Positions 1-12,300 of a stretch of DNA of 35,706 bases are shown piece after piece. Numbering within the stretch: the stretch's first letter is position 1; each line of letters starts with the position of its first letter. The position numbers and the translations under genes were made by a program. The notes beneath the pieces are model-generated. The model worked only from the letters and a program-made list of their open reading frames with translations. It was not told where the DNA came from and made no database searches. The stretch lies in contig JARQWU010000089.1 in the NCBI GenBank assembly GCA_040182905.1, positions 1 to 35,706 of the forward strand, in the 5' to 3' direction. The stretch comes from Barthelona sp. PAP020. Its lineage: Eukaryota.

Positions 1-3
1 TCC

Positions 4-345
4 TTTTTCCCTCGAGGTACGGAACTTTTCCTTAACCTACCCCCAAATTTTTGACCTGCCACGGTGAATGCATGAAAACTTGCACAATTAGGATAAATTT
101 TTAAAAATATCGGAGCTTTAAGCTCTTTTGAGCAATTAGTAATGCAATATTTCACACTCCGCATAGGGCATAGCTCTCCTACGAAAGCCTATAAAAGAGT
201 AGGTTTCAAAACAGAGAGGTTCCTTTCAGGAACGCTGGACCCCCCGAAAAGAATAAAGATTAAGGTTTATTATTTATTGATCAACTGAGTTTCTCTAGTC
301 TCTAATTTGGGAAAGTTCTGGAAAAGGTTCGTGCAAGAAGAAAAA
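4..345 (+). other. Non-coding structured element bounded by an imperfect inverted repeat (candidate ncRNA or decayed MITE)
   Basis: 17-49 pairs with 304-334 including G-U pairs; internal hairpins; visibly richer in GC than the other intergenic DNA in the window. Confidence 0.4.
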
Positions 346-394
346 TAAAAAACACAAAAAAACACACACATAATGGAAGATAAATGATAAATGT

Positions 395-3300
395 TTATAA
401 CCAAGGAAGATAGTTTTGAGGTAAATGAGAATGCACTGAAGATGAAGAACTATCTTGAATACGACCAATAATTGTTTTAAAAAGAGAAGATTTGAGATAG
501 TTGTCACCGAGTGTTTTGGGAGGAATTTTTGGCACAGTGAATTCTTTGAATGATTTAAGAATTTGCTGAACTAAACCAGGAACATTAACAAATAAATCAG
601 AATTAATTTTTGAAGTTATTAACCTGTCAATTATAAACGTTTCAAACGCAACAGCTGCCTCAGGAGCTAAAGAAATACTAGAAGAAGTGCAAACTACAGC
701 CTTGAGCATTGTAGCAAGGTGTCCAAATGGTGGGAAAGCTTCAACCAAGGAATTACGTATGATTGTTGTTGAATCCATCTTGAGGTCTAAACCAACAATT
801 TTGTTATTTTGTCTCAATGGTGTAATTTCTGGTATACACCTGTTAAATTGAACTTCTCCTGTTGAAATATTAATGAGAGTATCCTTTAAAGGTCTAGGTA
901 ATGCACCAATTGCAGATGAAATTGCCCAACAAATACCTAATGATTTAGTGAACTGTTCACCCAATAAAAGACGACTTTGATAAGATTTTCTATCATACAA
1001 GGTGTCTCTAAAAACTAAATGCCTTTCTTTTGATTTCAAAGAGTTATATAGATTTTTAAGGTCTTTGTGTTTGGATTTTAAATTAATAAAATCTTCAAGT
1101 GCTTGTTTTTGAGATATTATATCGGATAATTTAGTTCCTTTGTAATCTAATTTATACATATTTCTATCAATATCAATAGGTATGGGTGAAGTAGAGGAAA
1201 TAAAACATCTATTAACAATCATTTGATTATTATTACCCACAATTCGATTCAATTCAGCAAGTAATAATTGACTATATTGAATTTCTGAATTATTTTTAGC
1301 AATTCTAATGATTTTTACATGCCCAGATTGTGAATGAACATAAATATCAGTATAAGTTGAACTAATATTATACCAACCACTAATGGAACGAATAAACATA
1401 TCAGGTACATCTAAAACACCAGGAAGAGCAAAAACAAATTCACCAAAAGAAGGACTTTTGGGGGAAGAAGAAAAACCTTGTCTACTACCACCTTCAATTG
1501 AAGAATATCCAGAGTTTAATGTATGAAAAAGGAATTGCATTGTTTCAATATTAAATTCATAAGTGAAAGAATGAGTTGCGGGATAAATAAATGGTTGTGA
1601 CAATTCATCAGCAAGTTTTTGTAACACTACAACAAAATCTAAATAATCGACAGGTTTCTGCTGGAAAAACTCATTAAATTCTTGAATAAAATTGTTTATA
1701 GCTTGAGTGAAAGATAATGATATTTTAGAAAAGCTAAAATTGGAATTTTGAGTTAATTTTGTGTATAATTCTTTAATTTTTCCATTCAAAAGAATGGAAT
1801 CTGATCCAACTAGAATATTTCCAATTAAGCTTTCAATATCACTAATAACATCACCTAAAGGATGCAAAGGAATAGATTTTTTAAAAAACCTGTACATTGA
1901 ATACAAACTTGACATCTTTAATATTACTGCACGTTTTTCAGAACGGACCAATCTTATAATTTTTTCAATGTTGGGTTTATCACTTCTGAAAAAGGAAGAA
2001 AAATTCACAGGCATTTCATATTTAACTTCTTCACACAATTTAGCAAAAATAAGAGGAAAAACAACATCTGTCAAAGCACCAGAATCAATAGCAAATTGAA
2101 CAATGTACTCACATAATTTTGAAACAAAACAATGATGATGTTTTAACGCAAAATTAACACATATTGGTAAAACACTGGATAAATAAAGATTGAACTTTTT
2201 GGATGACAATTTGAGTTTTTCAAAAAAATCAGCTATTTCAGATTCAGGAACATTTATTGGCAATAAGCTCATAACCCAAATCATGCTCAAGATCAAATAA
2301 TGTAAATGTGCTTTGTTACTGGCAGACCAATTATTTTTTGCACGATTGCTATCTAAAGCGTATAACATAACATATAAAGTATCTAATATTAAATTAAGAG
2401 ATGGTTGATTCAATTTCAAAACAGTTTGTTGCAATCTTTGAACAAGATAGCGACTCCAATCATTAAACAACTGACTGGAAACAACACCCGTATTACAACC
2501 AGCCAAGAAATTTTGTTGAATCACATTATCTAATGCATCAATCAAAGCTTCATGTGTTTGGGACAAAGCTTGAGACAATCCAGTATATTGAAAGAATAAT
2601 TGTGAAGGTGTAAATGATGAATCTGTCATTATACGATTTTGATACTCGCATAAAACAAGACCTCTTAAATGCAAAACAGACACAAGTAAGTTATTTCCAA
2701 CAGAAGCATGATTACTTTGAGGCCATGTGGTTGGTAAATACGATAAACTAAAATCAAGTCCTTGATTTGAACCAGAACCCATATGCGACAGAACAATTTC
2801 TCTATCAGAATTGAAAACATCAGAAGGTTCCAATTGGGCTCTACTAAGTCGCATCATATTCAAAACTGACAGTGAAACTGAGGGTAAATTGAGGATTCGA
2901 GCTTGTTGTGCAAATAAGTTTGCAGTTTGTAGCATTTCTTGATAGAATCGAGAACGCATGTCTTCTTTTTCGGATCTAATCTCAAAAAATTGTTGACGCC
3001 ATCTAAGCAAAGCGGCCCAATAATCAAGTCCTTGATGTCGTGATGGAACACGATGTTTTTTCCAAGTAGAAAGCACAACCTCATCTCTATTTTGTCGAGG
3101 TACTTTGTTTGAAAATGACACCCGACGTTTGTCAGAATGAAGAATCACTTTTGCACTTTCAAAAACTTCAATTTCACGACTCATCAAAGAAAACAACTCT
3201 AAATGTTCAACAGATAAATAATTTCCAAAACTACGAAATTTAGAAAGAATTTCAGCGACAAAAATATCATGATCTGCTTTGATTGTTTGAAAGCTTTCTT

Positions 3301-6300
3301 CATGGGCAGGTTTTTGATTTCGAACGTCCCTTATTAATTGAGCCAATAAGCTTTCAGGAGTTTGCCTTGGTACAGTGGGCATCGAATCAGACAATTCCGA
3401 TACCAAAGGAATAACAGAATTTGCTTCAGCTAAATCTGCAGAACTAACCCAACAAGAAGGATCAGGAATATTTAAATCATCTTGGGTATATCGAGTTCGA
3501 ATATGTTCTTGAGACATGATAGAAGCCAATGAAAACCAATGGTTAAGTGTCTTAGAAGTATGAATATATCTATTACGTAAGAAATCAGGAACTGCATCGG
3601 AAGGCAGATCCGAAAGAAGTTTGGAACTGAGACGATATGCTTCTTCCAATTGTCCCGCAATTTCCAATTCCAAAATGGGTAGGATACATGCATCATCACC
3701 AAAGGATTGACCATCATAAGCTTCGTCAAAATCAAGAGAATCAATAACGAATTGCATTGAAGAATTTTGAGCAATTGAACGAATCAAAGCTCGAGACTGG
3801 TTATCCATAGATTTAGTCTCAGTAATGAAATTTATGCATTCTGCAGAACAACCGAGGAATTTACCACAGTATATCAACACTTCATTTGGAATACGAGGTG
3901 TTGAATGGAAATTAACAAACGCTCTAAAGAAAATTGCAGTTAAAGTATTTGAAACATCATCACAAAAAACATGATAATTATCAAGTACAGCTTTGCTAAC
4001 TAAAAAGCGATTAATCGCTTGAATAATAGAATTAGAAATTGGTCTATTAGCAAAAGTCAGAACTAACATCTCTTCAAGTAAAGATGAAACAACATTTGGA
4101 TTGTTGAGAATACAACTAATAGTGGAAAAAAATAAAGAAAATTCATCATCGTCTTCATAAATAGATGTGTTATCGCTGATCATTTCATCAACAGGTTCTA
4201 CATTAGTTGTTTCTCTTAAAAATGTGATAAAATCATTGTGCCATTGCTTTAAAGATTCAAAATAACATTGGTGAAGATTTAAATCTTTAAGTTGATCAGC
4301 ACTAAAATCAAATACCGGATAATTGATTGATAAACTTAAAATTAAAGTAAAAACAGTTGAAAAAGGCAAAAAATCAACAAAAGACCAATCAATTTGATCA
4401 CATAATACCAGAAGAATCTGTTCAAATGATAAAGGTTGACTAATATTTGAATCAAACAAACGAACAGCTTGTTTTGAATTAGATTCAAAGGATTCAACAG
4501 AATATCCTTCCGAATTATAGGTTTTTGAATATAAATGAGCTATTAAAACTTGTATTAAACACAAGAATGAGCTCATTAATTTAGGATTATCCGAAACTAA
4601 CCCAATAAATATCACATCTTTCAATTTTAATAAAAGTTCACCACCATCAAGTTTTAAATCATCTCTAATACGGGTAAAAAGCAGGAGTTGACACCAATAT
4701 ATGATTTCTTTCGTAAAATATGTTTTTGGATTGACAAATAGCTTTTTTAATGAAGCAGCCAAATTGATCAACAAAGAACTTTCTTCAATGAGACTCATAG
4801 CAATTATATGAGGTTCCATACAATCATTTGCATCAAATAGTAGTTGATGAAAAGGTCTATAAAACATGGTTTGATCTCTTTCAACTCTTTTTAAAGGCTC
4901 ATCTAAAGTCCAAAAACCTTTTATTGATTGAAAATGCTGATAATTTTTGATCAATTTTTGTATTTCACTTGAAACATCATTCCTACCACTCCAACTACAC
5001 AATAAATATAGAATAATCATGAATAATAATTCATTACCCAATAATAATTTATTAAGACAATTATTTTCATTGGGATCAAGAAAATCCATTAAAGAATCTA
5101 AAACTTGCTTTCTTAAAATATCACTAATTCCAATGGAAACCATTGAACCAATAATAATCAAGTAATAACAACAACAATGACCTACCAATTCAATCAATGT
5201 ATCTAAATGGATATCTGGTTGTATTGCGGAAATATTTTTTTCCTTTTCACGACTTGTCACACAAAAAGTTACTGTTTTCTTTAAAGTTTTCCATAAAACA
5301 GAAAATGTTTGCAAAACCAATTCTTGGTCCATATTTATATCAATTTGTTGCAATATTGAAGAAAAACTCCTTAACAACACATAGATCAAATTAAAACTTT
5401 TGCGACATTCTGTGAAAAAATCTTGTTCCTTTTCCAAACTTTCCAAAGTTTGTTCACTCAGATGCTTAACTCTAGTTAATATTGCTTTGATCAACATAGA
5501 TTTAGTGTCAAGAGAAAGATATTCACAATAATCAGAAAAAATAGACAAAATATTCAATTGGGTGTTGCTTAAAGTCATCATAATTGGATAAGCTAATTGT
5601 TGTTGAGAAAAATCCAATCCCAAAATGAAGTGATTTAAAGCAGTTTTCACGATACAATCTGTTAATGAGGGTTTTCTTTTGATTAAATTTTGCAAAAAAT
5701 CAATGTATCTGCTATTTTGATTTTTTAAATCAAAGCTATATTGCTTTTTCTGAATAATTGGCGCAAAAGTTTCCAAAATAAATAAAATTTCTTCTTTATT
5801 GGAAAAATATCCTTTAAATTTCCATAATTTTTGCAATAATAATTCGACATCAAAAGTTTTAATATTATTCATCAATTCTTTGTCAAAAAGCTCAGTTTCA
5901 GGATTCAAATTCTTAAGTTTATGTTCGAATAATAGTTTTTCAGTCTTTAACATAAAACTTATGATTGATTGAATTAAGTAGAATGAATTTAAATCAATTC
6001 CTTCAGATCTAATGACAACATTAAAAAAATATGGGAATAATGAAGTTAAATGCTTTAAATAATTAATTTGTTTGTCAATCAACGAATTTGTTGTGTTAAC
6101 AGAAGGATTAACATGATAAAAAGGTTCAATAATACAATCTTCCAATGAAGCTACCAAACTAAACAATGATTCCGCCTCTTTTTGTCGTGAAAATTCAGAT
6201 AAAAATAAAACTCTTATTATATCAACAATAGAAATTGTAACATATTCACATTGTAAAGCTAAATGTTGCTCTTTTTTAATTTGTTCTTCATCACTCAATC

Positions 6301-9300
6301 TTTGTGACATCTCATCAATCACATTAATGTCATCATTCAAAGTGAATAAATTTTCAGTCCTAAAAAATAATGTTTTGTCTTCAATCACGATTTTTTTGGG
6401 TGTGGGTAAATCCTCAACAAAAATAAATCCAGTAAATACACTTTCTAGAACTAACGATAAAGTTAAACTGGCACGTTTATCCACATTTCTTTGCGAATCA
6501 GTACATTTAAATATTGAAATTAATATTTTTTTCAACAAATCAAAACTAATAACGCGAGTAAATAATTGGGTTAAAACATATGCATGTAAAGCATCAAGTC
6601 TAACATTATCATTCTTTCTCATTGCAATACGAAGAGTCATTTGTAAACATTTCTCAATTGCACTTCCAAAACGATGTTTCACTGGATTTTGTTCATAATC
6701 ATTTTCAAACACACTTTGTTTTTCAATTAAAGCTCTAAAAAGAGTAAATTCTTCATTCATGCACACACAACAACATCTCAAAAATGCGTTAACCAATAAC
6801 TCAATTTTATTCATTCCAAAAATAGAATAATCATTCATACCACAAATTAAAACATCTCTGGAATTTGTTTCACAAAAACCATCAACAATTTCCATACCAA
6901 CATCAAGAAAACTGTTAAAAACTCTTTCCAGTTCATTTCCTATCTCACTCATATTCTCTGATTTTGCATACCGATATAGACATGGCTCAACAATAAACTG
7001 TATTATTAAAGTCATCATGTCATACTCTTCTTTATCAGATATCAAATAAAAAATGTTTAAATAAGGTTTGCCCAAAATATCAAGTGTTGAACGTTTTTTG
7101 AGTATTTCCATCGTAAAATTAAACAATCCATTCAAATGATCAATTGACAATTCATCGATGAAATCCAACCAAAATATTCTAACGATCTCAAATTCTACTG
7201 TTGAAGCTTGAACACTGGCAACAGGTCCCAACCCTTGTAATAATATGAATCCTGCATAATACTCTGCAGGGTGAGATCTACAATATGTTATAATTGAATT
7301 TCTCAAATGTTTTCTGAACATTACATTATATGAATGGTCATCAACTTGTTTTAATTTTCTTTTTGTTGGAACAACACTACAAAAAGCAAAAATCGCACGT
7401 TCTTTGAAAAAATCGTTTTCAAACATTATGGGATGTTTTTTCATCACAATACTGATAACTTCAGCGGCATAAACTCTGACATTTCTATTGTAAGGTAAAT
7501 TTACTTCCTCATTGTTTCGTATCGCTTCCCAATTGATAGTTTGAGATCCTCTTCCTTCAACAGGATACGTTAAAACTTGTCCTAAAGCATGCCCTGCTTT
7601 ATCTGCAACTGCAATTGCAAAACTATATGCAGCAGGCTGTTGTAATAATCGAATAAATGTTGTGGCTGTTGAATCATATGATAACTGTCCAATAAATGTG
7701 GCAACAGAACTATCCAAATTGGAAAGACAAGCGGTTAATAACGGACCCATTGAAGAACCAGTTACTGAAAATAATGACATATTTCCTGGTTCAGTTTGAG
7801 AAATTTGCATTAATTTCAGACTTGCAATAACAAGATTTTTAAAACCATCTTGTCCTATTGATGTGTCGACTAAAGAAAGTAGATCCATAGCAAGAGGTAT
7901 TTGATTTCTTGTTGCAGTGGAAAATCCTTGTTGTGCATTAAAAACGGAAGCTGAAGGTTGTCCAACACCTACCATAGTCGATGAATTTGAAGTTGCGAAA
8001 TTTCGAACAAGCCCTCTAACTCTGTCAATAATTTCATCAGTATGAAATAAATTGCTAATTCGGCTTAATCTGTTCAGAGAGGTCAAATATTTTTGATCAG
8101 ATTGAGGGCCATCTTGACTAAATGTGTGTCTAAAATTTTCAAGACATTTGGCTATACGTTCTGATGAAAAAAATCTAGAAGACATCAAAGTTTTACCATA
8201 CTTAACAACAGCTCTCATTATTTTAGTATTTGGACAAGTCATGAAGGAAAGATGGGTATTGAAAAACATTCCAACAAAATTTTCCACTAAGTTAATATCA
8301 ATTTGACCATTATTTTGTGTTAAAAAGTTTATTTCTAACAATAACAAACGAACAAAAGCATCCAATGCTTCTAACATAACCAAACTATATCCAGTATATG
8401 GTGCCGCATTTGGATTACAAAAGAAAAGATCTAACTCATTCACAATCAATGATTGAAGAACATTATTATTTTCTCCATCTTGTGGAAGAATATGTGAAAA
8501 TAATTTTATAAATACAGGATTAAGTGTGGTGAAACCATTCGCATTCAAATGCCTAAATGTCATTGTTGGTTGTTTTTGTATTGAAGACAATGCAATATGA
8601 CATATGACTTTCAAATGTTGAAAGAATTTGGTGGTTTCTGTGATGTTTGGAAATTTTTCTCCCCAAACTTGATGGTTTTCAAGATTTTCAAAACCTGATA
8701 AAAGTTTGAGGAAAATCATCCAATAATCAATTTGACCCAATTCAAATGTTTCTTGTTTTTCGATTGGAGTTCTTGGATCTTCGAAAAATTTATTTAAATG
8801 ATATTCTTCCCATATTGAAGAATTGATTGTAACAAAACCAATGGAATCATATACAAAGCCTCTTTTTGATATTTCTTCAGATTGTTCTGAAGTTAATGTT
8901 TTCAAATCAATATCTGTTAAAAAAAAGGATTGAATTTTTCGATCAGTCAATAAATTTTGTCCAATACGATCACCAAATGATTCAGTATATTTTAAAGGTA
9001 AGTTAAACCTTGAATCTAATTGATCAAAACAAGTCAAATTGGTATTCAAATCCAATATTTCTAATAACACAGAATACAATTCATTCATTACAAATAATGA
9101 TGATTTAACTAACACAACAGCGAAAAATCTAAAAAAATCAGGGGATAATTGACTTAATAGAATGGTATCGTACAAAACAAGATGAAAATCTATATCAATT
9201 CTTGAAGATGCTGAATAATGATTCAAACAATCCATAGCTGTGCAACTACAACTCAATAGATCTGTGGTTGAATTAGAAAAACATGAAAAAATAGAGAAGA

Positions 9301-12300
9301 CAAAAGGATTCCAATCTAAACTACTAGTGTTTTGAATTAAATGAGTACCATGAGTTTTAATCAAATATAAGATTGTTTCATACATTAAAAATGCAGAAAT
9401 TAGTTGATTTTCTTCAACAGAAGAAAACAATTCAACAATGATATCTAACAAAAACTTAGACATTTCATCATATTTAGCATTTTTATCAATATCAACTGAT
9501 AAAGCAAATAAATTATCAAAAAATTCCAAAAAATATTCAACAACAAGTCTACGAAAAACCAATCTTGGAAAAGATAAATTGAAGATAAAAGCTCTAACAC
9601 ATTGTTGAAATAAGGACACATCAATATCTTCACTATCATTTAATATTTTTTCACACAAAAACAATAACATTTCTGAGAAAGAACTTTCATACTTTTTCCT
9701 AATATTAAGGGGTAACAATGGATTAGTCAATGCACTAATAAGCGTCGAAATACACAATGATAAAATCGTTTTCATTTCTTTTGGTTCAATATCGTCAAAA
9801 TTGTGCATTTCTTTCAAAGGATTGAATAATACAGTAATGGCAAAACTAACAATATCTTTCAATTCATCAAAAGATTGTTTTGTCGAATAAGTCTCCAATT
9901 TAATAATATTGTTCATAAAAAGATCCTTTTTGCAAAAATTAACATGCTTTTCATCTGATATTGATGAAGTAAAACGAATGATAAAGACTGTCGGCAAATC
10001 ATCAAGACATCGGAATATTTTCTTGTAACAATTGGATTCCGCAAGAGTATGATCATCATTTGAAAAATCTACATACTCATTTAAATATTCAGACAATGGA
10101 GAAACTAAAACCGAAGCAAAATAAAAGGCTTCCTTACTTAAAGGATTTGTTTCCGGCAATCTCATTAATTTATGCAAAACTCTCACAAATCTTGGTGTTT
10201 TAAAAAATATTTCATGTAAATGAGGCTGATAAATATTGTTCATATGATCAATAACTTTTTCTAGAGAAATATGCTTTCTTCCTGTCATTGTATGGTTTTC
10301 AAAACAATAGCAAATTTCCAATAATAATGTTGTTGGATGTTGTGATGACGTTAAATTATCTTTCAAATCAAAAATTTCCAATTTATTAATAAATACTGAA
10401 GCTAAATGAATATAAGTAATATTGGCTACCTTACGAATAATTTCTGAAGGTGAATTTTCAACATAATAATGTAAATTTTGAAATAAATCTTGTTGACAAG
10501 GTAATAACAATTGAAAAACACGATCACCATTATTTAATGCAACATATTCGATAAATTCATAAAAGAATTTTAAAATAAAGAAAAATTTTGATGAAGTTTT
10601 CAGTGTTCGTAATAAAACTGCCAAAACATGAATGCAATGTTCTGCTAAAATTGTAGAAGAATCAATTGTCGTTTTTAACTTGCAAATTCCCTTAAAAACA
10701 ACCAATAAAACATCAAAATAATATTCAATACGATTTTCAAACGATTTCATGTGATAATTTCTTCGACTGAAAAAGAAATGTTGATAATCTCCTTCATTCA
10801 AAATTATGGGATGAGATTCGGAATCATTTAGCAATTTTAATGTCTGTAAATGGATCAATAATGCATTCTTCTGTTGTTTTAAGTGCAAATCATCTTCATA
10901 TAACAAAAAATTATATTTATCTGAAACTTCAGTCAATTTTCTACCACATATATTGTCAGTATTCATTTGATTATTCTTTTTATTCAATAATAAGAAAGAA
11001 TCATTGTGTAAGAGCGTTAAAACAAAGGGCAAATGCTGACTTACCAATTTTAGACTACAAGTAACAGCTTTAAATCCTACAGTTGCATGGTTACATATCT
11101 CTTCAAAAAAAGACAAGTAATTGTTGGAAAATAGATCATCCCCAAAATTGTCAACGATGATATCAAAATATTCTTCAAATCTGAGACTGTCCAAATATTG
11201 CATAAATGTTCCCAAGACATTTGGAACTTCAGAAGATAAACCATTCATATCAAAAAATTTGGAAATTTTAAACAATGCAGGTATCAAATCCTTGCCAACA
11301 TTAATGAAAAATTCTTGGGTCCTTTTAACATATGAAAAACCAGTAGTTTGATCGGTTTTCATATTAAATCTACAACATATTTGTGTTAAAACATCAAAAA
11401 AATTTTTAATAACATTTTGAATATAGACAACATATGTTTCAACTAATGGTGTTGGTTTATTTATTCTAGAAGACAATTGATTCGCATAAAAATAAGTGTG
11501 GCTTATGTAATCAAAACCAAAAGGAACACCTAAAGGATAATTAATTTGCAGTTCAGTTCTACGTTTGACCAATCCAACATCATCAATCAAATCCTCTGTT
11601 GGAATATCATTCATTAATCTTGTTTCATATAATTTATCAATTAGCTTTTCACAACTTCTTGCCAATAATCTTAATTTAACAACTAAACAATAAAATACAT
11701 AATTAATTAAATGATGTGACAATTCATCGGTTTGTTTTTCAAGTGTTGAAACAATTTCTTTTATGGTAGGTATTGAAGTAAGAGAAATTTGGGTGTATTG
11801 ATTGAAAATAATGTTAGCAAAATCAACAACCAAATTTTGTTTATACTGTTCTTGTTTACAACGAACAACTGCATTGACTATTGAAGGAAGTTTAGAAGCA
11901 ATAACACGTGAATTATAGTGATCTAAAACTTTTACAGCTTTCAACAATAATGAAGAAATAAGCGGAAATAAATCAATAAAAATATCAACATGCTCGCTAA
12001 CAAAAACAAATACTTTGAACAATAAATTTGAATCAGTAATACATAATAAAGGTATAATATCTTTCAGAAAATTAAAAATTAATTGACCATAGAAAGTAAC
12101 AAAAGGTAACTCCGAAGAACCGTTACTGAATGTAAAATTGAACTCAGTAGAAATTTCAGACAAAATCATTAAGTAAGTGATCTTTGCGTGTAACCATACA
12201 TGAACGCGATCTTGATAAAAAAACAAATTACTTTGTTTTGGAAAAAGACACATCTTGTAAATAATATCATGATTATACAACTGAGTTTTAATGAGATTTA

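Noticed and set aside
26..36. TTTTCCTTAAC, a perfect U12-type branch-point consensus
   Set aside because: No coding exon follows and no donor is visible in the window; it lies in the arm of the inverted repeat. It cannot be supported as an intron.
211..240. ACAGAGA suggesting U6 snRNA
   Set aside because: Not followed by AGAUUAGCAUGG, the AGC triad or the internal stem-loop of U6.
1761..11351. Short antisense or alternative-frame ORFs within TRRAP (and similar ones inside RRP12, importin, RPC2 and the HAD gene)
   Set aside because: Shadow ORFs with no motifs, expected from codon bias.
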